A stretch of 64,000 nt of DNA from an uncultured Bacillota bacterium (GTDB taxonomy: Bacteria > Bacillota > Clostridia > Christensenellales > UBA1242): NCBI GenBank assembly GCA_900551705.1, contig URWY01000002.1:18053-82052 (forward strand), in the 5' to 3' direction. Numbering within the stretch: the first letter of the stretch is position 1; each line of letters opens with the position of its first letter. The position numbers and the translations under genes were made by a program. Below are positions 9,903 through 18,271 of this stretch, in pieces. The notes beneath the pieces are model-generated. The model had not been told where the DNA came from and searched no databases. It saw only the letters and a program-made list of their open reading frames with translations.

Positions 9903-10253
9903 TTAATTGCAGGCGTTCAACATTTTAAAAATTTCGCGCGCGTTAATATACAAAACACAGTCTTCAAAACTTTTAAGGTCAAGACCAATGGTCTTCTTTA
10001 TTTTCCCAATACGATAAATCAATGTGTTACGATGAACATACGAGTTTAAACTTGCTTTTGTCAAATTTAACCCACCGTTCAAAAACGCGTCAACGCTTTC
10101 ATTAATAGCATCGTTGCAAAATATCTTTTTTAACTCGTGATTTTTCACAATATCACAATACTTTTTTGCGTTAAAATGCTTGCCTATCAAATTTTCGGTT
10201 TTAAATAAATTCCTTATTTCAGCAGACTGAAAAATTAGTTCTTCGCTGTCCAT
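9903..10253 (-). CDS. Small PucR-type C-terminal HTH domain protein
   Basis: GLNLTKASLNSYVHRNTLIYRIGKIKKTIGLDLKSFEDCVLY fits the PucR_C HTH pattern (iHrnTl.YRl.ki). Confidence 0.7.
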   Translation of the reverse strand: MDSEELIFQSAEIRNLFKTENLIGKHFNAKKYCDIVKNHELKKIFCNDAINESVDAFLNGGLNLTKASLNSYVHRNTLIYRIGKIKKTIGLDLKSFEDCVLYINAREIFKMLNACN

Positions 10254-10316
10254 AAATTCTCCTATAAGTAGTCCCCCAACAAATTTCTTGTCTTCTGTTT
10301 GTCTATTTTATGTTAA

Positions 10317-10964
10317 TTAATTATTTTCAATGCTTCCTAGATTAAACTTTATTGTTCTTTTTGTCAAAATTTTAGCAATATCTTCCGATGTTGTGGCAAC
10401 AAGTGTTGTGACTTTATTTTGAACATATTCTTTAACAATCATCGACTCAATAATTTCAAGTTGTTCTTGTTGCAATTTCTCAAATATGTTGTCAATCAAT
10501 ATTATATCAAGTTTTCTAAACGAAAGCCTTGCGATTGAAAGCACATATTGCTCAAATAATGTCAAATTACAAACTTTTTCGTCTCTTAATTTTTCCATAT
10601 TGTAATTTATCAAGAGTTCGTTTATCTTTTCTTCAATTTCAGAATTTGAATATTTTCTTGTTTTTAAAATATATTTCAAATTTTCATAAACAGTTTTTTT
10701 AGGAAAGAAAACTGGCGTTGCAGGAATGTATCCCATTTCAACATCGCAAGAAAAATCTATTTTTTTAAGCGGAACATCTTTGATATAAACTTCGCCGCTG
10801 TTTGGCTTTTCAAGCCCAGCCAAAACGCGAAGCATTGATGTTTTACCGCTGTTTTCTTCGCCCAAAAGAGCCACTGACTCGCCCTTTTTGACTTCAAAAC
10901 TCACATCATAAAGTGCGTAATATTCTTTCGTATATTTCAAACACAAATTTTTAACTTTAATCAT
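10317..10964 (-). CDS. ABC-type ATPase-like protein with degenerate signature and Walker B motifs
   Basis: Start moved to MIKVKNL, which has an AAGGAG RBS. Walker A is GEENSGKTS. LTLFEQ stands in place of LSGGQ, and IILIDN in place of hhhhDE. Confidence 0.7.
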   Translation of the reverse strand: MIKVKNLCLKYTKEYYALYDVSFEVKKGESVALLGEENSGKTSMLRVLAGLEKPNSGEVYIKDVPLKKIDFSCDVEMGYIPATPVFFPKKTVYENLKYILKTRKYSNSEIEEKINELLINYNMEKLRDEKVCNLTLFEQYVLSIARLSFRKLDIILIDNIFEKLQQEQLEIIESMIVKEYVQNKVTTLVATTSEDIAKILTKRTIKFNLGSIENN

Positions 10965-11138
10965 TATTTCTCCTTGCCTACACTTGGCAATTAAATTGCA
11001 AACCAATTTGCAGATATATAATACTATAAAAAAATAAAAAATCAACTCTTTTTTAAGAATTTGTTGTTTTTAAAAATCACTTGCAAATTGAGAAATATTG
11101 CGATATACTGCAATCACACTTTGTCTAAGGAGGATAAA

Positions 11139-12314
11139 ATGGATTTATTTAAAAAATGTCAAGACTTCACAAGAATTGAAGATTTAAAATCAATAAACTT
11201 GTATCCATATTTTCATAAACTTGAAAGTAAGCAGGATACTATTGTTGAAATGGAAGGTCATAAAACAATTATGATTGGTTCAAACAACTATCTCGGCTTA
11301 ACTTCTCATCCAGAAGTTATAGACGCAGGAGTTGAAGCACTTAAAAAATATGGCAGCGGCTGTTCTGGTTCAAGATTTTTAAACGGAACTCTTGATTTGC
11401 ATGTCAAACTAGAAAAAGAACTTGCAGAGTTTTTACATAAAGAAGAAGTTGTAACTTTTTCAACAGGTTTTCAATCAAATTTAGGCATTATCAGCGCTAT
11501 TGCCGGTAGAAACGACTATATTGTTTGCGATAAAGAAAACCATGCAAGTATCTATGATGCCTGCAAATTGAGTTATGCAAAAATGTTGAGATATGAACAT
11601 AATAATATGGAAGATTTGGAGCGCCAACTTCAATCTATCCCACAAGATAAAGGTATTTTAATTGTCACAGACGGCGTTTTCTCAATGAGTGGAGAAATCT
11701 GCAACTTGCCAAAAATTGTTGAATTAAAACATAAATATGGCGCAAGAGTTATGGTTGATGACGCGCACGGCTTCGGTGTTATTGGTGAAGGTGGACGCGG
11801 AACAGGTTCGCATTTTAATCTTGAAGACGAAGTTGACATCATAATGGGGACATTTTCAAAATCACTTGCAAGTTTAGGCGGATATATGGCTTCAAGCGAA
11901 CGAGTAGCGAATTATGTCCGCCACAATTCAAGGCCATTTATTTTCAGCGCAAGTATTCCACCTGCAAATGTTGCGTGCGCAAGAAAAGCGTTGGAAATTA
12001 TCAAACGCGAACCAGAAAGAGTTAAAAATTTGCAAGATAACGGCGCGTATGTCCGTGCAGGTCTTGAAAAACGAGGTATTAAATACATTCCAAGCGAAAC
12101 TCCTATCGTTGCCATCTATACTTACGATGATGAAAAAACATTCCTAGCATGCAAAATGCTTTTTGAACGCGGAGTTTATGTAAATCCAGTTGTATCACCT
12201 GCCGTTCCGGTCGGTTCAAGTCTGATAAGAACATCATACACCGCAACACACACTCATAAACAACTTGACGAAGCCATGGACAAAATCAAACAAGTGCTAG
12301 ACGAGATATTATAA
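11139..12314 (+). CDS. PLP-dependent alpha-oxoamine synthase (serine palmitoyltransferase / Kbl / BioF family)
   Basis: Start at MDLFKK with an AAGGAGG RBS. Motifs: LYPYFHKLES, GSNNYLGLTSHP, GSGCSGSRFLNGTLDLH, STGFQSNLG, DDAHGFG, GTFSKSLAS (PLP lysine). Confidence 0.85.
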   Translation: MDLFKKCQDFTRIEDLKSINLYPYFHKLESKQDTIVEMEGHKTIMIGSNNYLGLTSHPEVIDAGVEALKKYGSGCSGSRFLNGTLDLHVKLEKELAEFLHKEEVVTFSTGFQSNLGIISAIAGRNDYIVCDKENHASIYDACKLSYAKMLRYEHNNMEDLERQLQSIPQDKGILIVTDGVFSMSGEICNLPKIVELKHKYGARVMVDDAHGFGVIGEGGRGTGSHFNLEDEVDIIMGTFSKSLASLGGYMASSERVANYVRHNSRPFIFSASIPPANVACARKALEIIKREPERVKNLQDNGAYVRAGLEKRGIKYIPSETPIVAIYTYDDEKTFLACKMLFERGVYVNPVVSPAVPVGSSLIRTSYTATHTHKQLDEAMDKIKQVLDEIL

Positions 12315-12316
12315 AA

Positions 12317-12338
12317 AGAGCCCAACCGGCTCTTTTTT
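12317..12338. terminator. Bidirectional hairpin terminator; left copy of a 22-nt direct repeat
   Basis: AGAGCC-CAAC-GGCTCT followed by T6, between the convergent AOS and SLOG genes. It is 21/22 identical to 13211-13232. Confidence 0.7.
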
Positions 12339-12777
12339 AAATTTCAATTATCTTTTTATTTTTCTTTTGGGCATATTTTACCATTTTATATGCTCCGCTT
12401 TTGTATGGCATCTCAATGTGACAAACTAAAACATCGCAGTTATTAACTATCCATTCATTACGCTTAGTTATTCGCTGCTTTGGGTAATATTGCTCAATCG
12501 GCGGAAATATTGTTTCATCGACAGCCTTTGACAAAAAGAAATTTTCTTTATTATGTTGATAGTGCAACAAAATTCTAACAATTTTTATATAAGGATACTT
12601 TTCTTTTAACTCAACAATAGCATTAAAACATTTTTCGTCAAACGCCCCCTTGTTGCCATCATAAAAAATTGTATAGCCTTGCTGAATAAGTCCTTCAATA
12701 GTTTGAAGAAGTTTTTCTTTAACCCCAATACATCTCCACGAATCACGATGTCCCGCAAACGCAACTACTTTTTCCAT
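12337..12777 (-). CDS. DUF1273/YpsA-like SLOG-domain protein (paralog 1)
   Basis: Start moved to MEKVVAFAGHRD with an AAAGGAG RBS. GHR motif near the N-terminus and a C-terminal NEWIVNNCDVLVCHI..SGAYKMVKYAQKKNKKII segment. Confidence 0.65.
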   Translation of the reverse strand: MEKVVAFAGHRDSWRCIGVKEKLLQTIEGLIQQGYTIFYDGNKGAFDEKCFNAIVELKEKYPYIKIVRILLHYQHNKENFFLSKAVDETIFPPIEQYYPKQRITKRNEWIVNNCDVLVCHIEMPYKSGAYKMVKYAQKKNKKIIEI

Positions 12778-12899
12778 ATAATTCTCCTTTTTGCTCAATA
12801 ATTGTGAAGTAATTATACAACTAAAATGAATTAAATGCAAAATAATAGCCAACTATAATAATGAATAGAAATTGAGTAAAAAGTAAAAAGGAGTTGAGT

Positions 12900-13211
12900 A
12901 TGGATTATTTTAGAAAGATTGATAAAATGCGTGTTGCTCGTGGTTGGTCATTTTATAGACTTAGCCAAGAATCCGGTTTATCTCAACAAACTTTCACTAA
13001 ATGGATGAATGGTAAAACAACACCAACATTACTAGCGTTACAGGCAGTTTGTGACGCATTTGAAATTAGTTTGGCAGAATTTTTTGCCGAAGATGAAATC
13101 ATTGTTGTAACGCCAGAAGTCAAAGAATTATTTAACGATTGGCAAGTCCTAACAAAAGAAGAAAAGGCATCAGTCATGGCAATAGTCAAAAACTATATTA
13201 AAAAAAGATAA
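12900..13211 (+). CDS. XRE-family HTH transcriptional regulator
   Basis: ATG 12900 follows AAGGAG. WSFYRLSQESGLSQQTFTKWMNGKTTPTLLALQAVCDAFEISLAEFF is a Cro/C1-type HTH. Confidence 0.8.
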   Translation: MDYFRKIDKMRVARGWSFYRLSQESGLSQQTFTKWMNGKTTPTLLALQAVCDAFEISLAEFFAEDEIIVVTPEVKELFNDWQVLTKEEKASVMAIVKNYIKKR

Positions 13212-13232
13212 GAGCCCAAGCGGCTCTTTTTT
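13211..13232 (+). terminator. Hairpin terminator; right copy of the 22-nt direct repeat
   Basis: AGAGCC-CAAG-GGCTCT followed by T6, directly after the XRE stop codon. Confidence 0.7.
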
Positions 13233-13234
13233 AT

Positions 13235-13262
13235 TTGCTAATTAGATAAAAAATGCTATCAT
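13235..13262 (+). promoter_or_regulatory. Candidate promoter of truA (TTGCTA-16-TGcTATCAT)
   Basis: Extended -10 TGC TATCAT at 13254-13262. The ATG starts 7 nt after the -10, which implies a leaderless mRNA. Confidence 0.4.
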
Positions 13263-13268
13263 AAACAC

Positions 13269-14042
13269 ATGAACAAAATAAATGTGTTGTTTACAATCAG
13301 TTACAAAGGAACCATTTACAGCGGTTGGCAAGTTCAACCTGTCAAACAAACAATTCAAGGAGAAATTGAAAGCGTTCTTGAAAGGCTTTTTAATGAAAAA
13401 GTTGAAGTTGTTGGCAGCGGAAGAACAGACGCTGGCGTACATGCTCTTGGCACAAAAGCAAATGCCCTTTTAAATGCTGATTTTTTATCAAAACACTTTT
13501 CAAAAAATGGCAAATTGGATTTCATTAAGTTTAGAGATGCAATTAATCAACTTTTGCCTGAAAATATTCAAATTTTATCAATTAAAAGAGTTCCAATAAC
13601 TTTTAACGCTAGGTTTTCGGCAAAGAAAAAAACTTATGAATACAAACTTCAAAATGGCGGAATTTTATCACCTTTTGACAGCGAAACGACCGTTTTGGTG
13701 CGTCAAAAACTTGACATTGATGCAATGATTGCTGCTAGCAAATATCTAATTGGCGAGCACGATTTCACATCATTTTGCAGTGCACAAACGCAAACAAACG
13801 ACCATATTAGAACAATTTATGATATAAAAATCACAAAAAAATCTAATAAAATTTTAATCGAAATAACCGGTAACGGCTTTTTATATAACATGGTCAGAAT
13901 TATTGTTGGCACGCTTGTTGAAATCGGTTTAGGAAAGAAAAATACAAGCGAAATGAAAGCAATTTTAAGCAGTAAAGACCGTTCAAAAGCAGGCAAAACA
14001 TACCCTGCTCACGCACTCTTTTTAAAAAAAGTTTTATATTAA
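13269..14042 (+). CDS. truA: tRNA pseudouridine(38-40) synthase TruA
   Basis: FTISYKGTIYSGWQVQP and GSGRTDAGVHALG (catalytic Asp). Confidence 0.9.
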   Translation: MNKINVLFTISYKGTIYSGWQVQPVKQTIQGEIESVLERLFNEKVEVVGSGRTDAGVHALGTKANALLNADFLSKHFSKNGKLDFIKFRDAINQLLPENIQILSIKRVPITFNARFSAKKKTYEYKLQNGGILSPFDSETTVLVRQKLDIDAMIAASKYLIGEHDFTSFCSAQTQTNDHIRTIYDIKITKKSNKILIEITGNGFLYNMVRIIVGTLVEIGLGKKNTSEMKAILSSKDRSKAGKTYPAHALFLKKVLY

Positions 14043-14070
14043 AATTTATTAAATAATTTTCAAAAAATTC

Positions 14071-14099
14071 TTGACATTATCAGCAAATTATAATATATT
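14071..14099 (+). promoter_or_regulatory. Sigma-A-type promoter of rplM-rpsI (TTGACA-17-TATATT)
   Basis: TTGACA at 14071-14076, a 17-nt spacer, then TATATT at 14094-14099. Confidence 0.6.
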
Positions 14100-14103
14100 A
14101 TTA

Positions 14104-14131
14104 TCGTCTAATGTTTTTAGGCGATTTTTTT
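14104..14131 (+). terminator. Hairpin plus T-run (truA terminator or leader attenuator)
   Basis: TCGTCTA (14104-14110) pairs with TAGGCGA (14118-14124), including one G:U pair, followed by T7. Confidence 0.5.
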
Positions 14132-14261
14132 GTGATGCTAGCCCCTTCACAAATGGTTGCTTTAAAGGTAGCGGATAACTTAATCAAGTTTGCAACTGCA
14201 AGCGCGAACTGCATTTGCTAGAAGATTGTAATTTTTAAAATATTATTCGGAGGAAAATTCA

Positions 14262-14705
14262 ATGAAGTCATATATGGCAAAACCAGAAACTGTTGAAAGA
14301 AAATGGTATTTAGTTGATGCTGCTAACACTCCTCTTGGACGCGTTGCAAGCCAAGTTGCTTCAATCTTGCGTGGTAAAAACAAACCAACATTCACACCAC
14401 ATGTTGACACAGGAGATTATGTTATCGTTATCAATTCTGATAAAATCGTTTTAACAGGTAAAAAATTAATTCAAAAGAAATTCAAAACATATTCAGGATA
14501 TCAAGGCGGACTTAAAGAAGTTCAATACAAAAAAATGATGGAAGAAAAATCAGATGTTGCACTTTTAAGAGCAATTAAAGGAATGCTTCCAAAAAATGCT
14601 CTTGGTAGAGATATGGCAAGAAAAGTTAAAATCTACAAAGGTGCAGAACATCCACACGAAGCACAACATCCAGAATTAATTTCATTAAAAGGAGAAATTA
14701 AATAA
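14262..14705 (+). CDS. rplM: 50S ribosomal protein L13
   Basis: [45 protein letters not shown]; GGAGG RBS. Confidence 0.95.
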   Translation: MKSYMAKPETVERKWYLVDAANTPLGRVASQVASILRGKNKPTFTPHVDTGDYVIVINSDKIVLTGKKLIQKKFKTYSGYQGGLKEVQYKKMMEEKSDVALLRAIKGMLPKNALGRDMARKVKIYKGAEHPHEAQHPELISLKGEIK

Positions 14706-15139
14706 TGGCAGAAACAAAGAAAGCTGTTAAAGCTACTTTAAAATCAAAGAAAATTCAATTTTGCGCAACTGGTAGAAGAAAAAAATCTATCGCACGCGTT
14801 AGATTAATTCCAGGCGGAAACGGAACAATCGTTATCAACAAAAAATCTATTGACGAATACTTCCCACAAGACCTTTTAAAATTAATTGTTAAACAACCAT
14901 TAGAACTCACAAACAGTGCAGATAAATATGATGTTTATGTTAATGTTATCGGTGGTGGCATTGCTGGTCAAGCAGGTGCTATTTGCCACGGTATTTCAAG
15001 AGCACTTGTTAAAGCCGAAGAAAATCTTAAATCAGAAGTTAAGAAAGCTGGCTTGTTAACTCGTGACCCAAGAATGAAAGAGCGTAAAAAATATGGTCTT
15101 AAAAAAGCAAGAAAAGCATCTCAATTCTCAAAGAGATAA
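14705..15139 (+). CDS. rpsI: 30S ribosomal protein S9
   Basis: [59 protein letters not shown]. Confidence 0.95.
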   Translation: MAETKKAVKATLKSKKIQFCATGRRKKSIARVRLIPGGNGTIVINKKSIDEYFPQDLLKLIVKQPLELTNSADKYDVYVNVIGGGIAGQAGAICHGISRALVKAEENLKSEVKKAGLLTRDPRMKERKKYGLKKARKASQFSKR

Positions 15140-15161
15140 TTTGCAATCAGACTTACAAAAA

Positions 15162-15187
15162 GCAAGGCAATATGCCCTGCTTTTTTT
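15162..15187 (+). terminator. Terminator after rpsI
   Basis: GCAAGGC-AATAT-GCCCTGC hairpin with one mismatch, followed by T7. Confidence 0.6.
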
Positions 15188-15237
15188 ATTTTGCAAGATT
15201 TATTGATTTTTTTGTAAAATTGTGCTACATTAGAAAT

Positions 15238-16482
15238 ATGGAAATGCAAGCCGAAAATATTGAAGTTAAAAAACAAATATGGAAAGACCATCTCAGCGGC
15301 GAAGAATACTCTGACCCACTTGATATTTTATATTATAAAAACACACTCAACGAAGAAAAATATTCAAACTTGCTTTTAGGCACTTTCAACGCAGAAGGCA
15401 ACTATTCAATTGAAAAAGAACTTTTGCAAGAACTTATCAATGTCAACAAATTTATTACAGACAATGTCGAAGGCGTATATCACCTAACCGCAAAAACAAC
15501 TTCGCCAGAATTTGATCTTCATTTTCTTTTAAAAATTAAAAACGATGACGAAAACAACAAAAAAATCGCTTCATTAATTTTGCTTGAACCTTTTAAAAGT
15601 TTAGACGAGCAAACATCATCAGAATTTGCAACAACAATTGCTCGTTATCGCGATGAAAATGATATTTATTTCATGCCAAAAGTTGCAAAAGTTTTTCATA
15701 TTTTTGATAAACGCGATGAAGACGGCAGAGAAAGCGAAAATGACGAAATATTGTTAAATGTTTTAAAATCAAAAAAACAACTCAAAATGCTGAAAAATAA
15801 ACTAGCTGAGTCAAACGAATATTTATCTCAATATTATATCGACAATGTCATCGCAATCTTGAAAAAATATCCAGGCAAGTATTCTGAGTATATTTTAAGA
15901 AAATACGATATGCTTTTGTTGGAACATAAAGGCAATTTAAACAAAAAAAATTATTACAAAATGTTGCGTCTTGAACTAGATAAATTGCTGATGGCATCAA
16001 GGCACATGTGCGACAATCCTGACCTGCTTAAGGCGTTGGGCGAACAAAAACAAATCTTTGTAAACAACATGGAAAAGTTTGAAGAAACATTAAAAGCCCC
16101 ACCTATCGCTGCACCTAAAAAAGAAGAAGCGAAAAAATCCGCAGCAAAAGCCGCGCCTGCTAAAAAAGCGGCAGCAAAGAAAAAGGCCGCAGCAAAGAAA
16201 AAAGCCGCACCTGCAAAGAAAAAAGTTGATCCACAATTCAAATGGCTTGTTGAGAGAGAAGAACCAACCTTGCCACCAGTTATTCCAGAAGTCAAGCAAG
16301 AAACACAAACGGAAAAGCAAGATAGTAAGTCAATTATTATCCCCCCAGGTTTATTCTTAGATAGTATGATAGATGACAATATAAATGTCCCACTAACAAT
16401 TAGTGAGAAGTTTATACCAGAAAAGAATAAAACAACGGTCGTAAATATTTCAGAACTTACAAATGCCGAATTTGAAATGTAA
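15238..16482 (+). CDS. Hypothetical protein with a histone-H1-like Lys/Ala-rich segment
   Basis: The track start (15172) lies inside the rpsI terminator, so the start was moved to MEMQAENIE. Contains AAPKKEEAKKSAAKAAPAKKAAAKKKAAAKKKAAPAKKK. Confidence 0.6.
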   Translation: MEMQAENIEVKKQIWKDHLSGEEYSDPLDILYYKNTLNEEKYSNLLLGTFNAEGNYSIEKELLQELINVNKFITDNVEGVYHLTAKTTSPEFDLHFLLKIKNDDENNKKIASLILLEPFKSLDEQTSSEFATTIARYRDENDIYFMPKVAKVFHIFDKRDEDGRESENDEILLNVLKSKKQLKMLKNKLAESNEYLSQYYIDNVIAILKKYPGKYSEYILRKYDMLLLEHKGNLNKKNYYKMLRLELDKLLMASRHMCDNPDLLKALGEQKQIFVNNMEKFEETLKAPPIAAPKKEEAKKSAAKAAPAKKAAAKKKAAAKKKAAPAKKKVDPQFKWLVEREEPTLPPVIPEVKQETQTEKQDSKSIIIPPGLFLDSMIDDNINVPLTISEKFIPEKNKTTVVNISELTNAEFEM

Positions 16483-16510
16483 AAAAACGCACAATTTTGT
16501 GCGTTTTTTT
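16481..16510. terminator. Bidirectional terminator
   Basis: A7-CGCACA-ATTT-TGTGCG-T7 between convergent genes. Confidence 0.7.
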
Positions 16511-16522
16511 ATAATTCAATAA

Positions 16523-16897
16523 TTAAAAATCAAATGAGTTATTTTTTTGCATCTTAGGTGTCATTCTAGATGTACGACGAATTGCTTCACGAATTTCAGC
16601 AGTTTTCTCTGGATTTAATTCAACAATTTCATTAATATATGCTTTTGTTTCTGAAACCAATGCAACTACTTCTTGCTTAGAATTTGGCAATGCAAGCCAT
16701 TTATTCCAATCAATAGAGCACAAACCGTTTAATTGATAAGTAAATAAAATGCTTATATGTTTTTGTAAATCTCTTGACAATTTAAACTTTTCTACAACTT
16801 TTTTTGCAAGTTCGGTTTGTCTATTGTATTCAGAAGTATTTTCTCTAATTTGTTCACAAGCTTGAATTGTAATAACATTATCTAATAGATTTGCCAT
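16523..16897 (-). CDS. Hypothetical protein
   Basis: ORF of 124 aa with no motif recognised. Confidence 0.5.
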   Translation of the reverse strand: MANLLDNVITIQACEQIRENTSEYNRQTELAKKVVEKFKLSRDLQKHISILFTYQLNGLCSIDWNKWLALPNSKQEVVALVSETKAYINEIVELNPEKTAEIREAIRRTSRMTPKMQKNNSFDF

Positions 16898-17045
16898 AGT
16901 TCTCTCCTTAATATTTCATGGTTATTATAAAGCATATAAAACCACTTGTCAATATGTTTTGTCAAAAATTTTTTCAATTTTTTGTAAAATTAGGGTTGTA
17001 TTTTACTCACTTATATTGTATAATAAACTCAATAAAGAGGTGAAT

Positions 17046-17279
17046 ATGCAATATTTATTAAGTTTTAGCGATTTCTGGGCAAAAGTTCAATTGTTTTTCC
17101 ATGAAATGAACCAGGTAGTCAAAATTTTAATTATTTCAGTTTTACTTGTAGTTGCCTTGCTTTGCCTTATCAGGTTTTTAAAACCAAAATACTCAGCAGA
17201 TAAAAATAAGCTCAGAATATTCCCATTAATTTTATTTGCAATATTCCTAGGTCTTGCCTGCTTTGTAATTTTCATTTAA
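17046..17279 (+). CDS. Small hypothetical membrane protein
   Basis: ATG 17046 follows AAAGAGGTG. Two hydrophobic helices are present. Confidence 0.5.
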   Translation: MQYLLSFSDFWAKVQLFFHEMNQVVKILIISVLLVVALLCLIRFLKPKYSADKNKLRIFPLILFAIFLGLACFVIFI

Positions 17280-17342
17280 TTGTAAAAATCGTTTGCAATT
17301 TAATATTTTTATGCTATAATACCCAAGTTTAAAGGAGATTTT

Positions 17343-17651
17343 ATGTTTAATTTTATGTTAGATTCATTGCCACCAGATTGGATCGTTGCTTCATTCCCAA
17401 TTATCAGATATGTATTAATGTTCATAATCGCAGCAGCAGCTATCGTTTTAATTATAGTAACACTTATGCAAGAACATGATGATAACGGAAGCGCAAATGT
17501 TATCACTGGTGCATCAGAAAGTTATTACACACAAAACAAAGGCGAAACAACACAAGGCAAATTGAAAAAAGTTACAATCGCTATGGCTTCAATTATTGCA
17601 ATTTCAATCGTTCTTTTCTTTGTAACTTTGCTTGTATACGCTGGCGCTTAG
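17343..17651 (+). CDS. secG: Probable preprotein translocase subunit SecG
   Basis: Two-TM protein of about 100 aa with ...IVTLMQEHDDNGS..G...KKVTIAMASIIAISIVLFF, a SecG-like layout. AAAGGAG RBS. Confidence 0.55.
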   Translation: MFNFMLDSLPPDWIVASFPIIRYVLMFIIAAAAIVLIIVTLMQEHDDNGSANVITGASESYYTQNKGETTQGKLKKVTIAMASIIAISIVLFFVTLLVYAGA

Positions 17652-17665
17652 AAAGAATCAAAAAT

Positions 17666-17693
17666 AAAACTAGCCGAATTGGCTAGTTTTTTT
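17666..17693. terminator. Bidirectional terminator between secG and cdd
   Basis: CTAGCC-GAATT-GGCTAG flanked by an A-run and a T-run. Confidence 0.7.
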
Positions 17694-18075
17694 ATAACTT
17701 AAAATGATGTGTAAGAAGTTCGCTTGCTTTATAAACTTGATAATCACTTGGCGACCTAGCAACTATTACATCCATATCGGCGTTAAATTCAACAATTAAT
17801 TGCCTGCACATTCCGCACGGAAAACAATATTCGCTCAAATCGCCACCAATTATTGCTATGGCCACAAAATCTTTTTCACCTTCGCTTACCGCTTTGCAAA
17901 TTGTTGTCCTTTCCGCACAACTTGAAACCGGATATGACGAATTTTCAACATTGCAACCCGTAAACACTTTTCCGTTTTTACAAAGAACTGCCGCTCCAAC
18001 TTTAAAATTTGAATAAGGTGCGTAAGCATATTTTTGTGCGTTTATTGCTTGTTCAATAAGTTTTGAATATTCCAT
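17692..18075 (-). CDS. cdd: Cytidine deaminase
   Basis: Start moved to MEYSKL with an AAGGGGA RBS. Zinc ligands CAERTT and PCGMCRQ. Confidence 0.85.
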   Translation of the reverse strand: MEYSKLIEQAINAQKYAYAPYSNFKVGAAVLCKNGKVFTGCNVENSSYPVSSCAERTTICKAVSEGEKDFVAIAIIGGDLSEYCFPCGMCRQLIVEFNADMDVIVARSPSDYQVYKASELLTHHFKL

Positions 18076-18240
18076 ATCATTCCCCTTATTTTTATAATAA
18101 CCAATTTTCGTCACTTTACAAAATAAATTATAGCAAAAAAACTAGGCTTATAACCTAGTCTTTTATTGAGCAAATAGAAATTCAATATCTGTTTTAGTTG
18201 TCAAATTAACATTTTAAAAAACTGTAAAGTCCGAAAAAAC

Positions 18241-18265
18241 AAAAAAACTCAGCGTTGATGCCGAG
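18241..18265 (-). terminator. Terminator after tRNA-Asn
   Basis: CTCGGC-ATCAAC-GCTGAG on the minus strand (one G:U pair only on that strand), followed by T7. Confidence 0.65.
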
Positions 18266-18271
18266 TTTATT

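Noticed and set aside
15954-16379. 141-aa and 76-aa minus-strand ORFs with FFFAAA-type repeats
   Set aside because: They are the antisense reading of the Lys/Ala repeat (AAG/GCN codons). It is a mirror artefact of low-complexity coding DNA.
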